A model generated the notes under the pieces. It was given only the letters and a program-made list of their open reading frames with translations, was not told the DNA's origin and searched no databases. A DNA stretch of 63,172 nucleotides, counting the filler, from Octopus bimaculoides (Eukaryota), in assembly GCF_001194135.2 (NCBI RefSeq). It is 3 parts of 3 records of this genome, joined end to end, with 100 filler letters (N's around TTAATTAATTAA, not from the genome) between each part and the next. Parts side by side here need not be neighbours in the genome. Positions count along the whole stretch, not along the records: positions 29,489 to 53,972 come from NC_068986.1; 2 more parts are not named here. The stretch is one strand, 5' to 3'. A program made the translations under genes and the position numbers. Shown here piece after piece: positions 38,230 to 51,499 of the stretch (its first letter is position 1; every line of letters starts with the position of its first letter).

Positions 38230-38740
38230 AGGCCCTTGTAATAGTGTCATTTGTGGTGACGCATTCAAAAAGGGTTTATATTTTGTGATAAAATATGACG
38301 CTTAACAAATGCGCTAACTACAGGTTGCATAGTTCCTGAATTGATAGAGGGGAAAAATTCTGAAGCTGGGTTGTTTGTAAGTAGCACAAATGAACGATGT
38401 GTTCACTGAATGCTGTTTTTCTGTATTCCCGAATTTTGATCTGGAATCTATGTAGAGCCACCCTTTGACGTAGACTGTTTTTGGTTTGGCTCTCGACACC
38501 TAGAGCAAGTTAATACATATATTCGGTTCTCCGAAGTACATGTAAAGTTGTTTTTCACTGTAAAACATTGACCCTATCTGAAAGAGAACTCCGATCCCTC
38601 AATTAGGTTGACGCATATACCACAGTTAGGTCTTCTGCATTTTTTTTACTGACGGCTTCAGTGTTGTTGTTGAGCGTACTTGGGCTTGTGCTAGGAGTCT
38701 TTTCATAGATTTGGGTTGTCTTTTGCTCTTTATAAATAAT
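38230..38740 (-). mobile_element. Penelope-like element, C-terminal GIY-YIG endonuclease region, decayed
   Basis: Minus strand across frames: RQPKSMKRLL, KKCRRPNCGICVNLIEGSEFSF, NFTCTSENRIYVLTCSRC, FRIFPLYQF, FITKYKPFLN. Confidence 0.75.
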
Positions 38741-40054
38741 TAAGCTGTGCAGATTGTTCAGCAAGAGATTGCAGAAATCTCATTTGTCGTGTGCGACGAG
38801 AGAGTCCACCATAACACGCACNNNNNNNNNNNNNNNNNNNNNNNNNNNNNNNNNNNNNNNNNNNNNNNNNNNNNNNNNNNNNNNNNNNNNNNNNNNNNNN
38901 NNNNNNNNNNNNNNNNNNNNNNNNNNNNNNNNNNNNNNNNNNNNNNNNNNNNNNNNNNNNNNNNNNNNNNNNNNNNNNNNNNNNNNNNNNNNNNNNNNNN
39001 NNNNNNNNNNNNNNNNNNNCACACACACACACACACACACGCACACACACAATCTTTGTATCCAATTTAACGTGAATGTGCTGTTAGAACATTGAATATT
39101 GCGTTATTAATCTTGAGAGATCTTGTCATATAGATGATTGGTGCATAAAAGCACATACATAGATCGCCGGAACTCCCATACCTCGCGATTTTATTCTATT
39201 GGAAATCGTCAGTGGGAAGCGTCCGGTCACTGCGTGACAGTGAAATCTCGCGGCTACGATATATTGAATATCAGCATCTTTTCAGATACTGATGTCGTAG
39301 ATAATCAGCAGGCTAATCAAAATTGAATTACTAGCGATAGAAGCAGTATTAGTATCAAAAAGCAGTCTTTATATCGAACTTAACGTAGATGCCTTCTTAG
39401 AAATAAACATAGTCCAATATCTGAACAGCAACCATGATGAGGCTGTAAGACTTGTTGCAGAAATAGCCTGCTGGTTAGTTGAAACCACCTAAGAAGATTG
39501 TCACATCGGAACAGATCAAAGAGGAAAAAAAAAAACCTAAGGTTGGAAATGTATAGAACATTTGTCCAAATTGTTTAAAATGTATTCTCATTACTATTAC
39601 TGTAATAGGTTGACTAATTATATATAGTCATATTATTATTATTATTGCTGCGTTATTAGCCTTGAGGCATCCATAGGCGCTTGTTGCTTGAAAGCACATA
39701 CATAGATCGTAGCAGATAAAAATCGTGTGTCATGTGTGCCGGTACACACATTTCAAGTGATTTCATTCTACTAGAAATCATCAGGGGCTGGCATCCGGCC
39801 ACCACATGCCAGTCAAACCTCGCTACCACGAAATATATTAATAGAATATCAGAATCTTTTCAGGTACTGATGTCGCAAGGTTTAGTCACAGTTATTACCA
39901 ATAGTTTAGTTACCTTTGGTTTATACCTGAACTAGCTGGCCCCGTGCCGTAAAAAATGACGGCTATTTGTAGTATTTTATATATAAATATGGATGGCAAA
40001 TCAAAAATTAATACACTTGTCAATGTTATCTTGTGTTTGTTTTTTGAGATGTGT

Positions 40055-40314
40055 GTTGTGTTCTTGAACAAGGTACTTTATTTCATATTCCTCCAGTTCC
40101 CTCAGCTGGAGAAATGAGTTGCGACATCACTGGTACGAAGCTGTATCAGCCTTTGCTTTTCCCTTGGATAACATCGGTGGTGTAGAGAGGGGGTGCTGGT
40201 ATTTATGGGCAACTGCTGGTCTTCCATAAACAGTCTTGTCCGGACGTGTGTTTCGAGGGTAATTTTCTAGGTGCATTTCCATGGTTATTCATGACCGAAG
40301 GAGGTCTTTACCCT
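40055..40314 (+). mobile_element. SINE family D, body and 3' part
   Basis: cttgaacaaggtactttatttca continues the family D head motif (ccttgagcaagaca seen at 2620 and 5411), then ...catgaccgaaggaggtctttaccct. Confidence 0.55.
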
Positions 40315-40564
40315 ATATATTACATAAAGCTCATTTAATGAATATATAAACAAGGTTATAAATAGTTAATTTTGAATTCATTACACAATCTAAATACTGG
40401 TATATATAAAAATTTGTGTTGATTGGCATATGTCAGTTATTGTTTTAAATTTTCTTTACAGTAAATTTCAAAATATTAATTACAATCTTTCTTATTATAT
40501 ACAATTGAAAATGCTCCGCCATGGAAAAATGGCTAAATATGTGAAAACGATGCTGAAGTAATAG

Positions 40565-40780
40565 TGGTTGCAAATTCTGGCACAAGGTCCACAATTTTAG
40601 GAGAGAAGCTAAGTCGATTACAAAGAACTCGGTGCTCAACTAGTACTTATTCTACCAACCTCGGAAGGATGAAAAGCAAAGTCGGTCTCGGTGGAATTTG
40701 AATTCAGAGCATAAAGAGCCAGAAGAAATGCTGCTAAACATTTTGACCGACGTGCCAACAATTCTGCCTGCATGTCGCCT
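40565..40780 (-). mobile_element. SINE family A copy
   Basis: ggcacaagg...gaaggatgaaaagcaaagtcg...gtcgccttaa. Confidence 0.8.
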
Positions 40781-41841
40781 TAATAGTGAAATAATAATTC
40801 TTACAGAAAGCGTATGCATTAACGGGAATTGGAAAATGAGTGAAGCTATAGAAGGCGAAATATTTTTCATAAAAAAGAGGAGGTACCATGCAATTTCAAA
40901 ATGGATTTAGAAAGCTTTTGCTCTTAGCTGTGAAGGGCATTGTCCACTTTGCTTAATTTGTGAGAAACATTTAGTGAATAAAAGCAAGAAAACCCTCTAA
41001 ATTAAAATGACACATTGGTATTACTTGTCTCCTTAATTTTCAAAGATTACGGAAATCTTCGAAATAGCATGAGCAATTTTTTTGGCATATAACTAAATTG
41101 TAGAATTCATTGAAAAGGTTTTTGGAGGTATCAAATTTGTTATTCATTTGGGTGAACAGACTGCCTTGCTTGAGCCAATTATTTGTATAAAAACAATGCA
41201 CAAGAACTTACTGTTTTATCGAATATTAGATGGACATATAACAGATGAAAATGCTTTCTACAAAGTGGATCATCTATTTTAAAAGGAAATAGGTCCATAT
41301 GTACCAGTGGAGCAGGAGCAAAACAGAAAAAAAAATGTTGAATTTCATGTGAAAAGTTAAAACATTGTAGCGGGAATATTTAGCAGAATCCCAAGCGTCA
41401 AATCACTGATTGGAAATCGATCCGAATCACTGTATTCACATGAAAAAATAACAATTACAAAAGCAGGATGTTGTCAAGGATTGATGACATCAGCAAAAAA
41501 TTGGCCATTCAAATCAATAGACCCAGCAGTTGTTTAACTCGTTAAATCATGGTGCTGTAGAAAAAAAAACATTGCTTTGGACAAACAACATATTGAACTG
41601 TTATTAACAATTTCGTCTGTGGTGCTTTTTTCTTTGATAGACAGCAGTTATATGTAGTTTGATTTTTCTTCTTATACACCAGTGACCTATGACAGCGGCG
41701 GTCCTTGTTGGGACGTAATATCTCATATGAACTACTGGACAGATTCACTTGACATCGATAGCTTCTTTTCTGTCGTTCATCAAATCGACACATTGGTTTG
41801 TTAACGGCGATTAAATATTATATATTTGAAACTTCACGCAG

Positions 41842-41999
41842 ATTTCTTGCTCATTCACCTCTTAACTCAACCAAAGGATATCTTCGTTACGCTGGTGACA
41901 ACCGAATCGAAAAAATTTTCCGTTGAAACTTCAAGCTATGCACCTACTATATTTTCTCGTTACGTGATTCATCGAGAGAATTCTATAGTGCTAAGCGAG
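41842..41999 (+). CDS. Candidate exon (158 nt, phase 1-0) of an unidentified gene
   Basis: acttcacgcag| ... GAG|gtaaca; open frame (D)FLLIHLLTQPKDIFVTLVTTESKKFSVETSSYAPTIFSRYVIHRENSIVLSE; unique sequence; no homology recognised. Confidence 0.28.
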
Positions 42000-42054
42000 G
42001 TAACACAAGATGCACACCGGCCTTTCACATCAGACCGTAAACAAATAAAAGAAA

Positions 42055-42300
42055 ACACACACAGACACCCACCCATCAACTCACACACACACACGCTCTC
42101 TCTCACACACACTCACACTCACACACACATACACTCACACACACACACACTCAACACACACTCACACACACGCTCACACACACTCACACACACATACACT
42201 CACACACACTCAACACACACTCACACACACGCTCACACACACTCACATATACTCTCTCTCACACACACTCTCTCTCTCTCTCACACACACACTCACGCAC
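42055..42300. repeat. Degenerate (CA)n/(CACT)n microsatellite
   Basis: Directly visible. Confidence 0.95.
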
Positions 42301-42824
42301 AAAATGCATATACACATATACAGTTATACACCCCTACATTTACATACATAGCACATACATATCCATGAAATACGCCCACACGCATACACATATAAATACG
42401 CTCACACATGTACACACACACACACATACATACATGCATACATACATACATACTTACATACATACATGTGATTGAGTGTGCGTGTGTGTGTTTGCCTGTG
42501 TGTGCGTGAGCGCGGGCACACAAGTTCACCAATACATTACTATGCAAACGTACACAGATATAAAATACATCCATATACATGTGTATGTGTGTGTGTATAC
42601 ACACGTTTCTGTATATGTATCCATATACATACACATAGAGATATATACGTACACACACAATTATACATAAATGTTTATTCCGCATGCACACGATTAAATT
42701 CTTGCGTGCGTATACATATGCGCTCAACTGCATAATAACGCATTTATACACATGCATTTATCTATCGTCCATCACCCTACAAGTATTCATGAGGCTGTCG
42801 TCTGCCTGTCTTCTCGTCTGCCAT

Positions 42825-42871
<47 letters not shown>

Positions 42872-42967
42872 ATCTATCTGTCTATCTTTCTATCTATCTA
42901 TCAGTCTATCTGTCTGTCTGTCTGTCTGTCTGTCTAACAAAGTGTATATCATGTGATAACATATATA

Positions 42968-43016
<49 letters not shown>

Positions 43017-43019
43017 CTT

Positions 43020-43530
43020 CATTTTTACGTGTTTCAGTCATTGGTCTGCGGTCGTGCTGGAGCAACGCTTTAAACGGTTTACTTGAACAAATCGCCCCGG
43101 TACTTATTTTTTCCAATTTTGGCATTATTCTGTCAGTCTTTTTTTTTTTTTTCCGAACCGCTGATTTATGGGGACGTAAACAAGCAAGCACCGGTTGTCA
43201 AGCAGTGCCTGGAGCAAATACAAAGATAAACATACACACACATGTACACACATACACAAATACATACAAACACGCGCGCAAACACATACGCACATGGTAT
43301 ATATTTTGTCTTTTATTTGTTTCTGATACTGGACAGCAGCCACATTGGGGGCATGGCTTTGAAAAAGAACGGGCTTCCACATTGTTTCTGTCTGCCAAAT
43401 TCATTCATCAGGTACTGGTCGGCCTGGGGGCTATAGTAGATCTTCACCCAAGGTACCATCTAGTGGGACTGAACTCGAATCCAAGTGGTAGCAAAGCGAG
43501 CTTCCTAATAACGCAGCTATCACTGTGTGC
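43020..43530 (-). mobile_element. SINE family C, diverged full-length copy
   Basis: ggtctgcggtcgtgctggagcaacgc...ggggacgtaaaca...tagtgggactgaactc. Confidence 0.8.
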
Positions 43531-43573
43531 GTGTGCGTATAGCGCATGTGTATGTGTGTGTGCGTGCGTGCGT

Positions 43574-43632
<59 letters not shown>

Positions 43633-43959
43633 ATATTTGGATGTATGATATATGCATACATGCATTTTCTCAGCTTTGTTGTTGTTTAGTTGTATAGCAA
43701 TTTATTTAATCTACCTTTGCCGCTTCGTCTGCGTTTAACTGTCAACACATTCGGCAATTTATCCACATTTCTATCTATTAAGTCTATGTCTGCATTTCTG
43801 TCTGTTTATTTATATATCTTTCTTTGAATGCGGTTGTTAAAACAATTACATGATAAAATCGGTATTTTGTAAAAATGAAAATAATTTAAGTGATTAAGAA
43901 TTTAAGAATGAAACAAATAACAAATCCAGAAATTTGAAAGAAAAGAAAAGAAAATCAAA

Positions 43960-44121
43960 ATCGGCAATTTCGCGGGGAAGGATGCTACTTAATGTTACCG
44001 ACCACGAAAGGATGAAAGGCAAAGCCGACCCCGGCGGAATTTGAAATGAGAACGTAAAGACAGGCGAAATGCCGCTAAGAACTTTGTCCGGCGAGCTAAC
44101 GACTCTGCCAGCTCGCCACCT

Positions 44122-44191
<70 letters not shown>

Positions 44192-44395
44192 TTCTACATA
44201 AGGTACAAGGCCTGAAATTCTGGGGGAAGGGGACTAGTCGATTATATTGATCCAAGAGCGTTACTGGTACTTATTTCATCGACTCCGAAAGGATGAAAGG
44301 CAAAGTCGACCTCTGTACAATTTGAACTCAGAAGGTGAACATGGACGAAATGCCGTTAAGCATTTTACTAACAATTCTGCCAGCTCGCCGCCTTC

Positions 44396-44431
<36 letters not shown>

Positions 44432-44635
44432 CCTTTCTACTATAAGCACAAGGCCTGGAGGAGGGGGCAGTCGATCACACCAGCCTCATTATTCAACTGG
44501 TACTTAATTTATCGACCCTGAAAGGATGAAAGCAAAGTCGATCTCGGCGGAATTTGAACCCAGAACGTAGCGCCAGACGAGATTCCGCTAAGCATTTCGC
44601 CCCGCGTGCTAACGACTGCCAGTTCGCCGCCTTCA

Positions 44636-44673
<38 letters not shown>

Positions 44674-45260
44674 CCTTTAACTACTGGAACCACTAGGCCT
44701 CGAATTTGAGGGAAGGGATTATGTCGATTACATTATCTCCAGTACGTATCTGGTACTTATTTGATCGACCCCGAGATGATGAAAGGCAAAGTCGATCTCG
44801 GCGGAATTTGAACTCAGAACGTAATGACAGGCGAAATACCTATTTCTTTATTGCCCACAAGGGGCTAAACATAGATGGGACAAACAAGGACAGACAAACG
44901 GATTAAGTCGATTATAATGACCCCAGTGCGTAACTGGTACTTATTTAATCGACCCCGAAAGGATGAAAGGCTAAGTCGACCTCGGCGGAATTTGAACTCA
45001 GAACGGAGCGGCAGGCGAAATAGCTATTTCTTTACTGCCCACAAGGGGCTACACACAGAGGGGACAAACAAGGACAGACAAACGGATTAAGTCGATTATA
45101 ATGACCCCAGTGCGTAACTGGTACTTATTTAATCGACCCCGAAAGGATGAAAGGCTAAGTCGAGCTCGGCGGAATTTGAACTCAGAACGCAGTGGCAGAC
45201 GAAATTCCGCTAAGCATTTCGCCCGGCGTGCTAACGTTTCTGCCAGCTCACCGCCTTCCG
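43960..45260 (-). mobile_element. Cluster of six co-oriented SINE family A units, mostly separated by (AAT)n
   Basis: Units at about 43960-44122, 44195-44395, 44435-44632, 44690-44840, 44841-45020 and 45021-45258. Confidence 0.92.
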
Positions 45261-45599
45261 TAATGATTGGAAGTGCTAATATGTACGTGTTTTGTCTTGG
45301 TGTTAAAAGATGGGCCACAGCAAATATTCTGCTCAACATCACAGATTTGCTTGTCAGTTGCTTGACCATTACCAGTTGAGCACGTCCCATTGAGGCTGAC
45401 GATATTTGAGTCTCTGATCACGAACATGAGTAGTCGGGAGCAAGCTCTTATCCAGGGACATTTTGAGTAAGATGGGTTACTCGACCTGGTGAACCTTTGT
45501 CAGACGAATTGTCATGATAGGTTTATTGGGCTTCGTATATTTGTACCCCAGGGTCACTTTGGTAGCGTGCGCTGCTCTTTCCCGCAACAGCAATAATTC

Positions 45600-45990
45600 T
45601 TTCTGCTTTAGTTACAAATCCTGAAATTTTGGGTGAGGAGTGTAATCGATTATATCGAACCTAGTACTTGATTGCTACTTATTTTATCGGCCTCGAAAGA
45701 ATGAAAAGCAAAGCGGAATTTGAACTCAGAACGTAAAGCCGGGAGAAATACCGTGAAGTATTTTGTCCGTTGCCGCAACGATTCTACAAGCTCGCTGTCA
45801 AAATAATAATAATAATAATAACAATAATAATAATAAAGGAAGTGACTAGTCAATTATATTGATCCCAGTACTCGACTAGTACTTATTTCATCGACCCCGA
45901 AAGGATGAAAGACAAAGTCAACCACGGTGGCATTTGAACTCAGAACGTAAAGACGGACGAAATGCCGCCGAGCATTTTGAGCGACGCGCT
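45600..45990 (-). mobile_element. Two further SINE family A copies separated by (AAT)n
   Basis: Reverse-complement bodies at about 45600-45800 and 45840-45990. Confidence 0.85.
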
Positions 45991-46498
45991 TAAAATGCTT
46001 GGCGAATAATAAAATAATAATAATAACAATTATTATTGTCATTAATTTTATTAATGATATCATAATCATTTACAAATGGGAAAAAAATAACCAAATGAGT
46101 GTATGTGCGTGGGCCTGCGGGAATATAAATGTGTATGTGTCTATGTATGTGTGTACATGCATGTATGTGTGTGAGTGTTTGTGTATGTGTGTTTATTAAT
46201 GCTAATGAGTGTGAATGCAGATATAGTAGGATTTCGTTAACGGCATAATAGTCCCTGGGGCAAATAAAAGCACTGCAGTTCTTACAAACGCAATCTACAT
46301 GCATGCTACAGCATGCATAAATTAGCATTGGGTTCCTAGATTCGTGGGTCCCCTGGACAACTGCCCAATGTGTCCGTGTCTAAAGTACTGAGCACATGCA
46401 TCTGTCATACATCTTGAGAGAGAAATTGATAGTAAAATGAACAGACAGATATAAGCATGAATAGACCCGCGTCCGCACGTGTGTATTTATATTGATGT

Positions 46499-46535
<37 letters not shown>

Positions 46536-46714
46536 AATAAATAAATAAATATATATACACACATACATGCATGCACACGCGCGCAATCACACACACACAC
46601 ACACACGCACATACGTGGATTCCACTCCCTGAGGTCTAAGAGCTATGTTCCGATAACAATCCTAATGAAACTCTTTTAAATAATGATAATAATAATAATA
46701 ATACTCAACGACAT

Positions 46715-46860
46715 GGCTCCGGGTTCAGTCCCACAGCGTGGCACCTCGGGCAAGTGTCTTCTACTATAGCCTGGGGCCGACCAAAGCCTTGTGAGTGGAT
46801 TTGGTAGACGGAAACTGAAAGAAGCCCGTCGTATATACGTATATATATATGCCCGTCGTA

Positions 46861-46909
<49 letters not shown>

Positions 46910-46943
46910 GACGGGCTTCTTTCAGTTTCTGTCTACCGAATCC
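46715..46943. mobile_element. SINE family C 5' half with an inverted copy of its end across a (TA)n tract
   Basis: ggatttggtagacggaaactgaaagaagcccgtcgtata (46797-) and tatacgacgggcttctttcagtttctgtctaccgaatcc (-46943). Confidence 0.85.
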
Positions 46944-47008
46944 GTCTACCAAATATATATATTTATTCTACACCTGTCTGTCAATGTGTCTGTCCATCTA
47001 TCTATCTG

Positions 47009-47270
<262 letters not shown>

Positions 47271-47804
47271 TATATGTATTTTCATGTGTGCATGTGTGAA
47301 TGCACGTATGTTTTATCATGGATGTGGATACGGTATACACATATGAAGGAACAAAATGCTCACCAAGTAGTAGTAAAACATAATAGTTGCTGCATGAATA
47401 GAGTAGTTACAGCTGCAGTCAGAAAAATTGTGGTGGTGACATGGAGAATGAAGGGAAAAAGAAGCGAGCTACAGCTTGGCCAGAAGAACCCGGATATTCC
47501 CTGGTAGCATTGGTGTTGTTTTGGTGCTTATGCAGGGAGTGATACTGACGGAAGGTGCCGAAATGGTTCTGATCCTGCATCAAATGATAACTCATAAAGT
47601 GTGTATGATGTAAAATATATGTAAGTGCATTATGTGTATACATGGGTTGGCCTCGGTGAATACGTGTGTGTGTATGTGTGTGTATACATGCATATACATA
47701 TATACATACTTATATATTTATGTATGTATGTATATATACATACATACTTACATACATTCACTTGTGTGTGTGCGTGTGTGTTCGTAAATGAGAGAGTTAT
47801 TGAG

Positions 47805-47814
47805 TGAGAGAGAT

Positions 47815-47900
<86 letters not shown>
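47805..47900. repeat. (AG)n microsatellite
   Basis: Directly visible. Confidence 0.97.
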
Positions 47901-47902
<2 letters not shown>

Positions 47903-48165
47903 AGAAAGAGAGGGAGAGAGAGAATTGCAGCCGATAGCCATTATCGAGAATGAAAAAAAAGCTGGAAATATTGTTTCCTTGATTCGATGGACAGATTGGA
48001 TATCTCCATTGTCAAACCATCTCCCCCTGTCCTTCTCTCTTTGCGTTTGTGTGTGTGTATGTCTGTGTGTGTATATGTGTGTGCGTGTGTGTGTGCTTAT
48101 ACATACATATATACATATGTATATATATATATGTGTATATATATACACTCACACATATGCATGCT

Positions 48166-48248
<83 letters not shown>

Positions 48249-48749
48249 TATGCATGCATACACACACATATATATTTACATACATTACATATTATACAAA
48301 CACTTACATAAATACATGCACGGAATGTGCCTTCGTTAAACGGTACTAATCGCGGAAAGTCTCCATTTCACTTGAATGATTTTTAAGTTAACTAATAGTA
48401 AGGGCTAATAACGAATATGTGTACGACAACAGAAATATACACACTGTACGTTTAACATTACTCACATCAACAAAATACTGTAGACATTATATATCGATAT
48501 GAAATATAAATAGATGTTCTTTAAAATTATTTAACGTTACTAGTAAAAATTTCAACTACTGTAAATTGTGAATTTCCTTTACCTAGTGGAGCTATGAGGC
48601 TTCATTAGTTCCTGCTTCCCACAGAAATAAGTCTGAGAGTAGACTGAGAAAGGACAGAGTGGACAACTAACTGGTGGGTCATCAATATTATCAAGTTTAA
48701 CGATTGCAATAAAGTAGGGACAAATTGACTTGACAAATGAGTCGAGTTT

Positions 48750-50560
48750 CAGTTGATACCTTATTGAGACTGCTTCCGAATAATGAGTTTCTTTAAATTT
48801 CTAAGATGTTGATTATATTTTCAACATTAGTTTTTGTTGTTAAGTATGAAATGACGTTATCAAGGGATTCATGCAGTAACATTACTGGGAGGAGATTGGG
48901 AATAGGGAGCAATCCGCTCTGGTTCAACGCTTTAAAGGCACGACACTTTTGGGTTTGCTTGCATAAGCCTGTGTAGGTTTATACGCCAGGAGTGGTGGTG
49001 AAGGACAAACTGAAGATTTTCTCTGGGTGGCATACACTCTAGCCATACCACTAGATTTATATAACAGGGTGTTTTGATTTATTGGGCAGCCTCACCATTT
49101 CTGTTGTAACTTCATTGTCTATTTCTCTTGTTGACAATTGATTTACCTGTCTTCTGACCAGTTTGTGATATCGTTTTCTGTGACACTTGTTTCGCGTGCT
49201 TTCTGAAGTATGTGATGAAAATCCGTTGTTTCAAATCCTTTAGAAAGGACAGAGTGGACAACTAACTGGTGGGTCATCAATATTATCAAGTTTAACGACT
49301 GCAATAAAGTAGGGACAATTGACTTGACAAATGACATAAGTATTACTCAAACATCGTACACAAGTTTTTCCCAGCCTAAAGTGACAGTCTTCAGAACTTT
49401 CAATGAAGCTACTGCATTGAATATTACACCTTTAAGCTTGTAATTTTTTATACTAAGGAGAGTAGTTTGTCCTCGTGTGTCTTATTTGATATCATATTCT
49501 TCTATTAGAATTTTTTCCACAATATCTTCGTTGATGTAGTCTGTTGTAGGTTACTTTGATCCGCTGGCCGAATGGTGGAGGTAACATTAATAGCCAAGGA
49601 CGTGTACTTTATTTTAACATCGTTACTGGTGATCACCTATCTGAGAAAGTGCGTTGTCTAAAATTAGTAGCGGCTTCAGCTCTTCAGTACGAAGTTTGGA
49701 GACATCTTCTTGCTATTTATTTATGTATCGCACGAATGAAACGCGAGGAAAAGCCATTAAAGATATGCGTGTTAGCCACAATTTCTTAGACCTAACATAA
49801 TGACTTCACCTGCTGTAATAATTGCAGGTGTATTATGTCTTTCAAAACTCGTGGGGGAAGGCCTCCACAACATCACTAACTTTAAGAGGTGCATATCGTC
49901 TGTATTCGTACAACACACCCGATAATGGACGACTCTGTCTGGAAACTTCATCCATTAAAACTTGGCTATTCCAGGGACAATGACCGCCTACACAATCCAG
50001 TTTCAATCTCATTATACACTTGGGAAATTTGGAGCACTTTATACTTAAATGAGTCCTTTGACCTTTTCAGGAATAGTTGAATTTTCTCGGTTGGTGCGCT
50101 GCCTATTTCACCATTTCAATTTCTAAATTGCTATAACCACCCATTACTAGTTTTGAATAATACCCTTATGCCTAGTTATCATTGCAGCAACACTTTGAAT
50201 TTCTACATCACAGTCGTTCTTACTATATAATCGCTGACGAATAAACCACCACTTCGTTGCTACCTCTTCAAGATTTACGCCTCTTTCAACTCTCTTACGC
50301 TTCCTTGTAGCAACAGATGATTATTTAGAATTTGCATCAACATCATATTTCAAAGAACATGTTGTGACTTTCTCCTCTGAGTTACGTGCATTCCAAGCTA
50401 TAAGCTTTTTAACAGCTTGCATTTCATATTTACTCAACACCAAAGTACTAGCCTCTAAGTTATTTATAAGTTCTATTTTCTGTTTCCCAGTTAACCCCAC
50501 AAGTGTTTTCCTTGGATTATTGCTTTGCCTTGAAGCCATGGCGTTAAACACAAGGCTGAA
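48750..50560 (-). mobile_element. pogo/Tigger-like (CENP-B type) transposase pseudogene
   Basis: Minus strand across frames: KTLVGLTGKQKIELINNLEA (HTH), NGWL*QFRN, SQVYNEIETGL (IYNADETGL), PRVLKD, NVTSTIRPADQ (NTTS.IQPMDQ), TVTLGWEKL, GFETTDFH. TIRs not identified. Confidence 0.75.
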
Positions 50561-51499
50561 GAATTCCTAATCACTCAAATGTCAAAGACAAGTGCAGGGC
50601 AAACCTAGGACATACAGAAAATACACTCTTACAACATGCTGTGTTGTATTGTGTATGATGATTATCATCACAGTGTGTACTTTGCTACCGTGCTGAACCC
50701 GTTCATTTGACATAAGTATTACTCAAACATAAATTTATAAACCTTAGGCTACTTCGGTGTGACTTAAAATTTATGTGTGTATAATTAAATTTAAGAACAA
50801 ATTACGGCCAGATTACATCATGATACAGCAAGAACAGAATTATTATAAAGAAAATCAATTTCAATCAACAAATTTTTGACAAATTTAATACATTGATATA
50901 AAAAATAACTGATATATTAATAAATACATACAAGGTAAGCATAGTGATAGTTAGAGGGGAATGTGAAAGCGAAGAAGAGCGATTAAGTCTTATATATACA
51001 ACAAGCTGATTATAGAGAAAAACAGGTGACTGGAGGAAATAAGCGGATTCGAATCGTAGGCAAATTAAGAGATGGCTTAGTTAGCGGGGAATGTTTCAGG
51101 AAATAAATATATTTCTCAGGCAGAAGAGAAAGGCGAATAACAAATTGGATGATTACTGGTGAAACATCGCTCACCTTCAACCCTTATTTCTGCCACTTTC
51201 TCATTATCCTGACATTCTTGTGGAAGATATCATGCCCCAGTTAGATATGGGGTGTGCAGTACTGCCTTAGAATAACTGGTATGATGTTTCATGAGAAGGG
51301 AAAAACAAATTTAACATCCGTGTGCAACTCTCACTTAGAACATACAAAAACTATGATTATACAAGTCAACGATGGTAGCCAATGTAAGCACACACAGTCA
51401 TTGTCTTCAGTCAGATTTTGTATGGTTTATCCGATATCTGACTGAAGCGGGTACGGTTTAACGTAGATTCACTGATACAGAGAGGGATGCATAAATCTT

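Noticed and set aside
39745-39786. Minus-strand CTGATGA-TTTC-TAGTA-GAAT-GAAA-TCAC
   Set aside because: No valid NUH triplet or helix I.
41100-41290. FGGIKFVIHLGEQTALLEP resembling a PIF1/Helitron helicase motif (FGG....GDF.QLPPV)
   Set aside because: Only one weak motif, with no other helicase motifs in register.
43960-45990. Regularly spaced repeats resembling a CRISPR array
   Set aside because: Eukaryotic SINE copies of about 200 bp separated by microsatellites; no short constant repeats with unique spacers and no cas genes.
51405-51447. 12-bp inverted repeat CTTCAGTCAGAT/ATCTGACTGAAG with a 19-nt loop
   Set aside because: Too short for a pre-miRNA and no other supporting feature.
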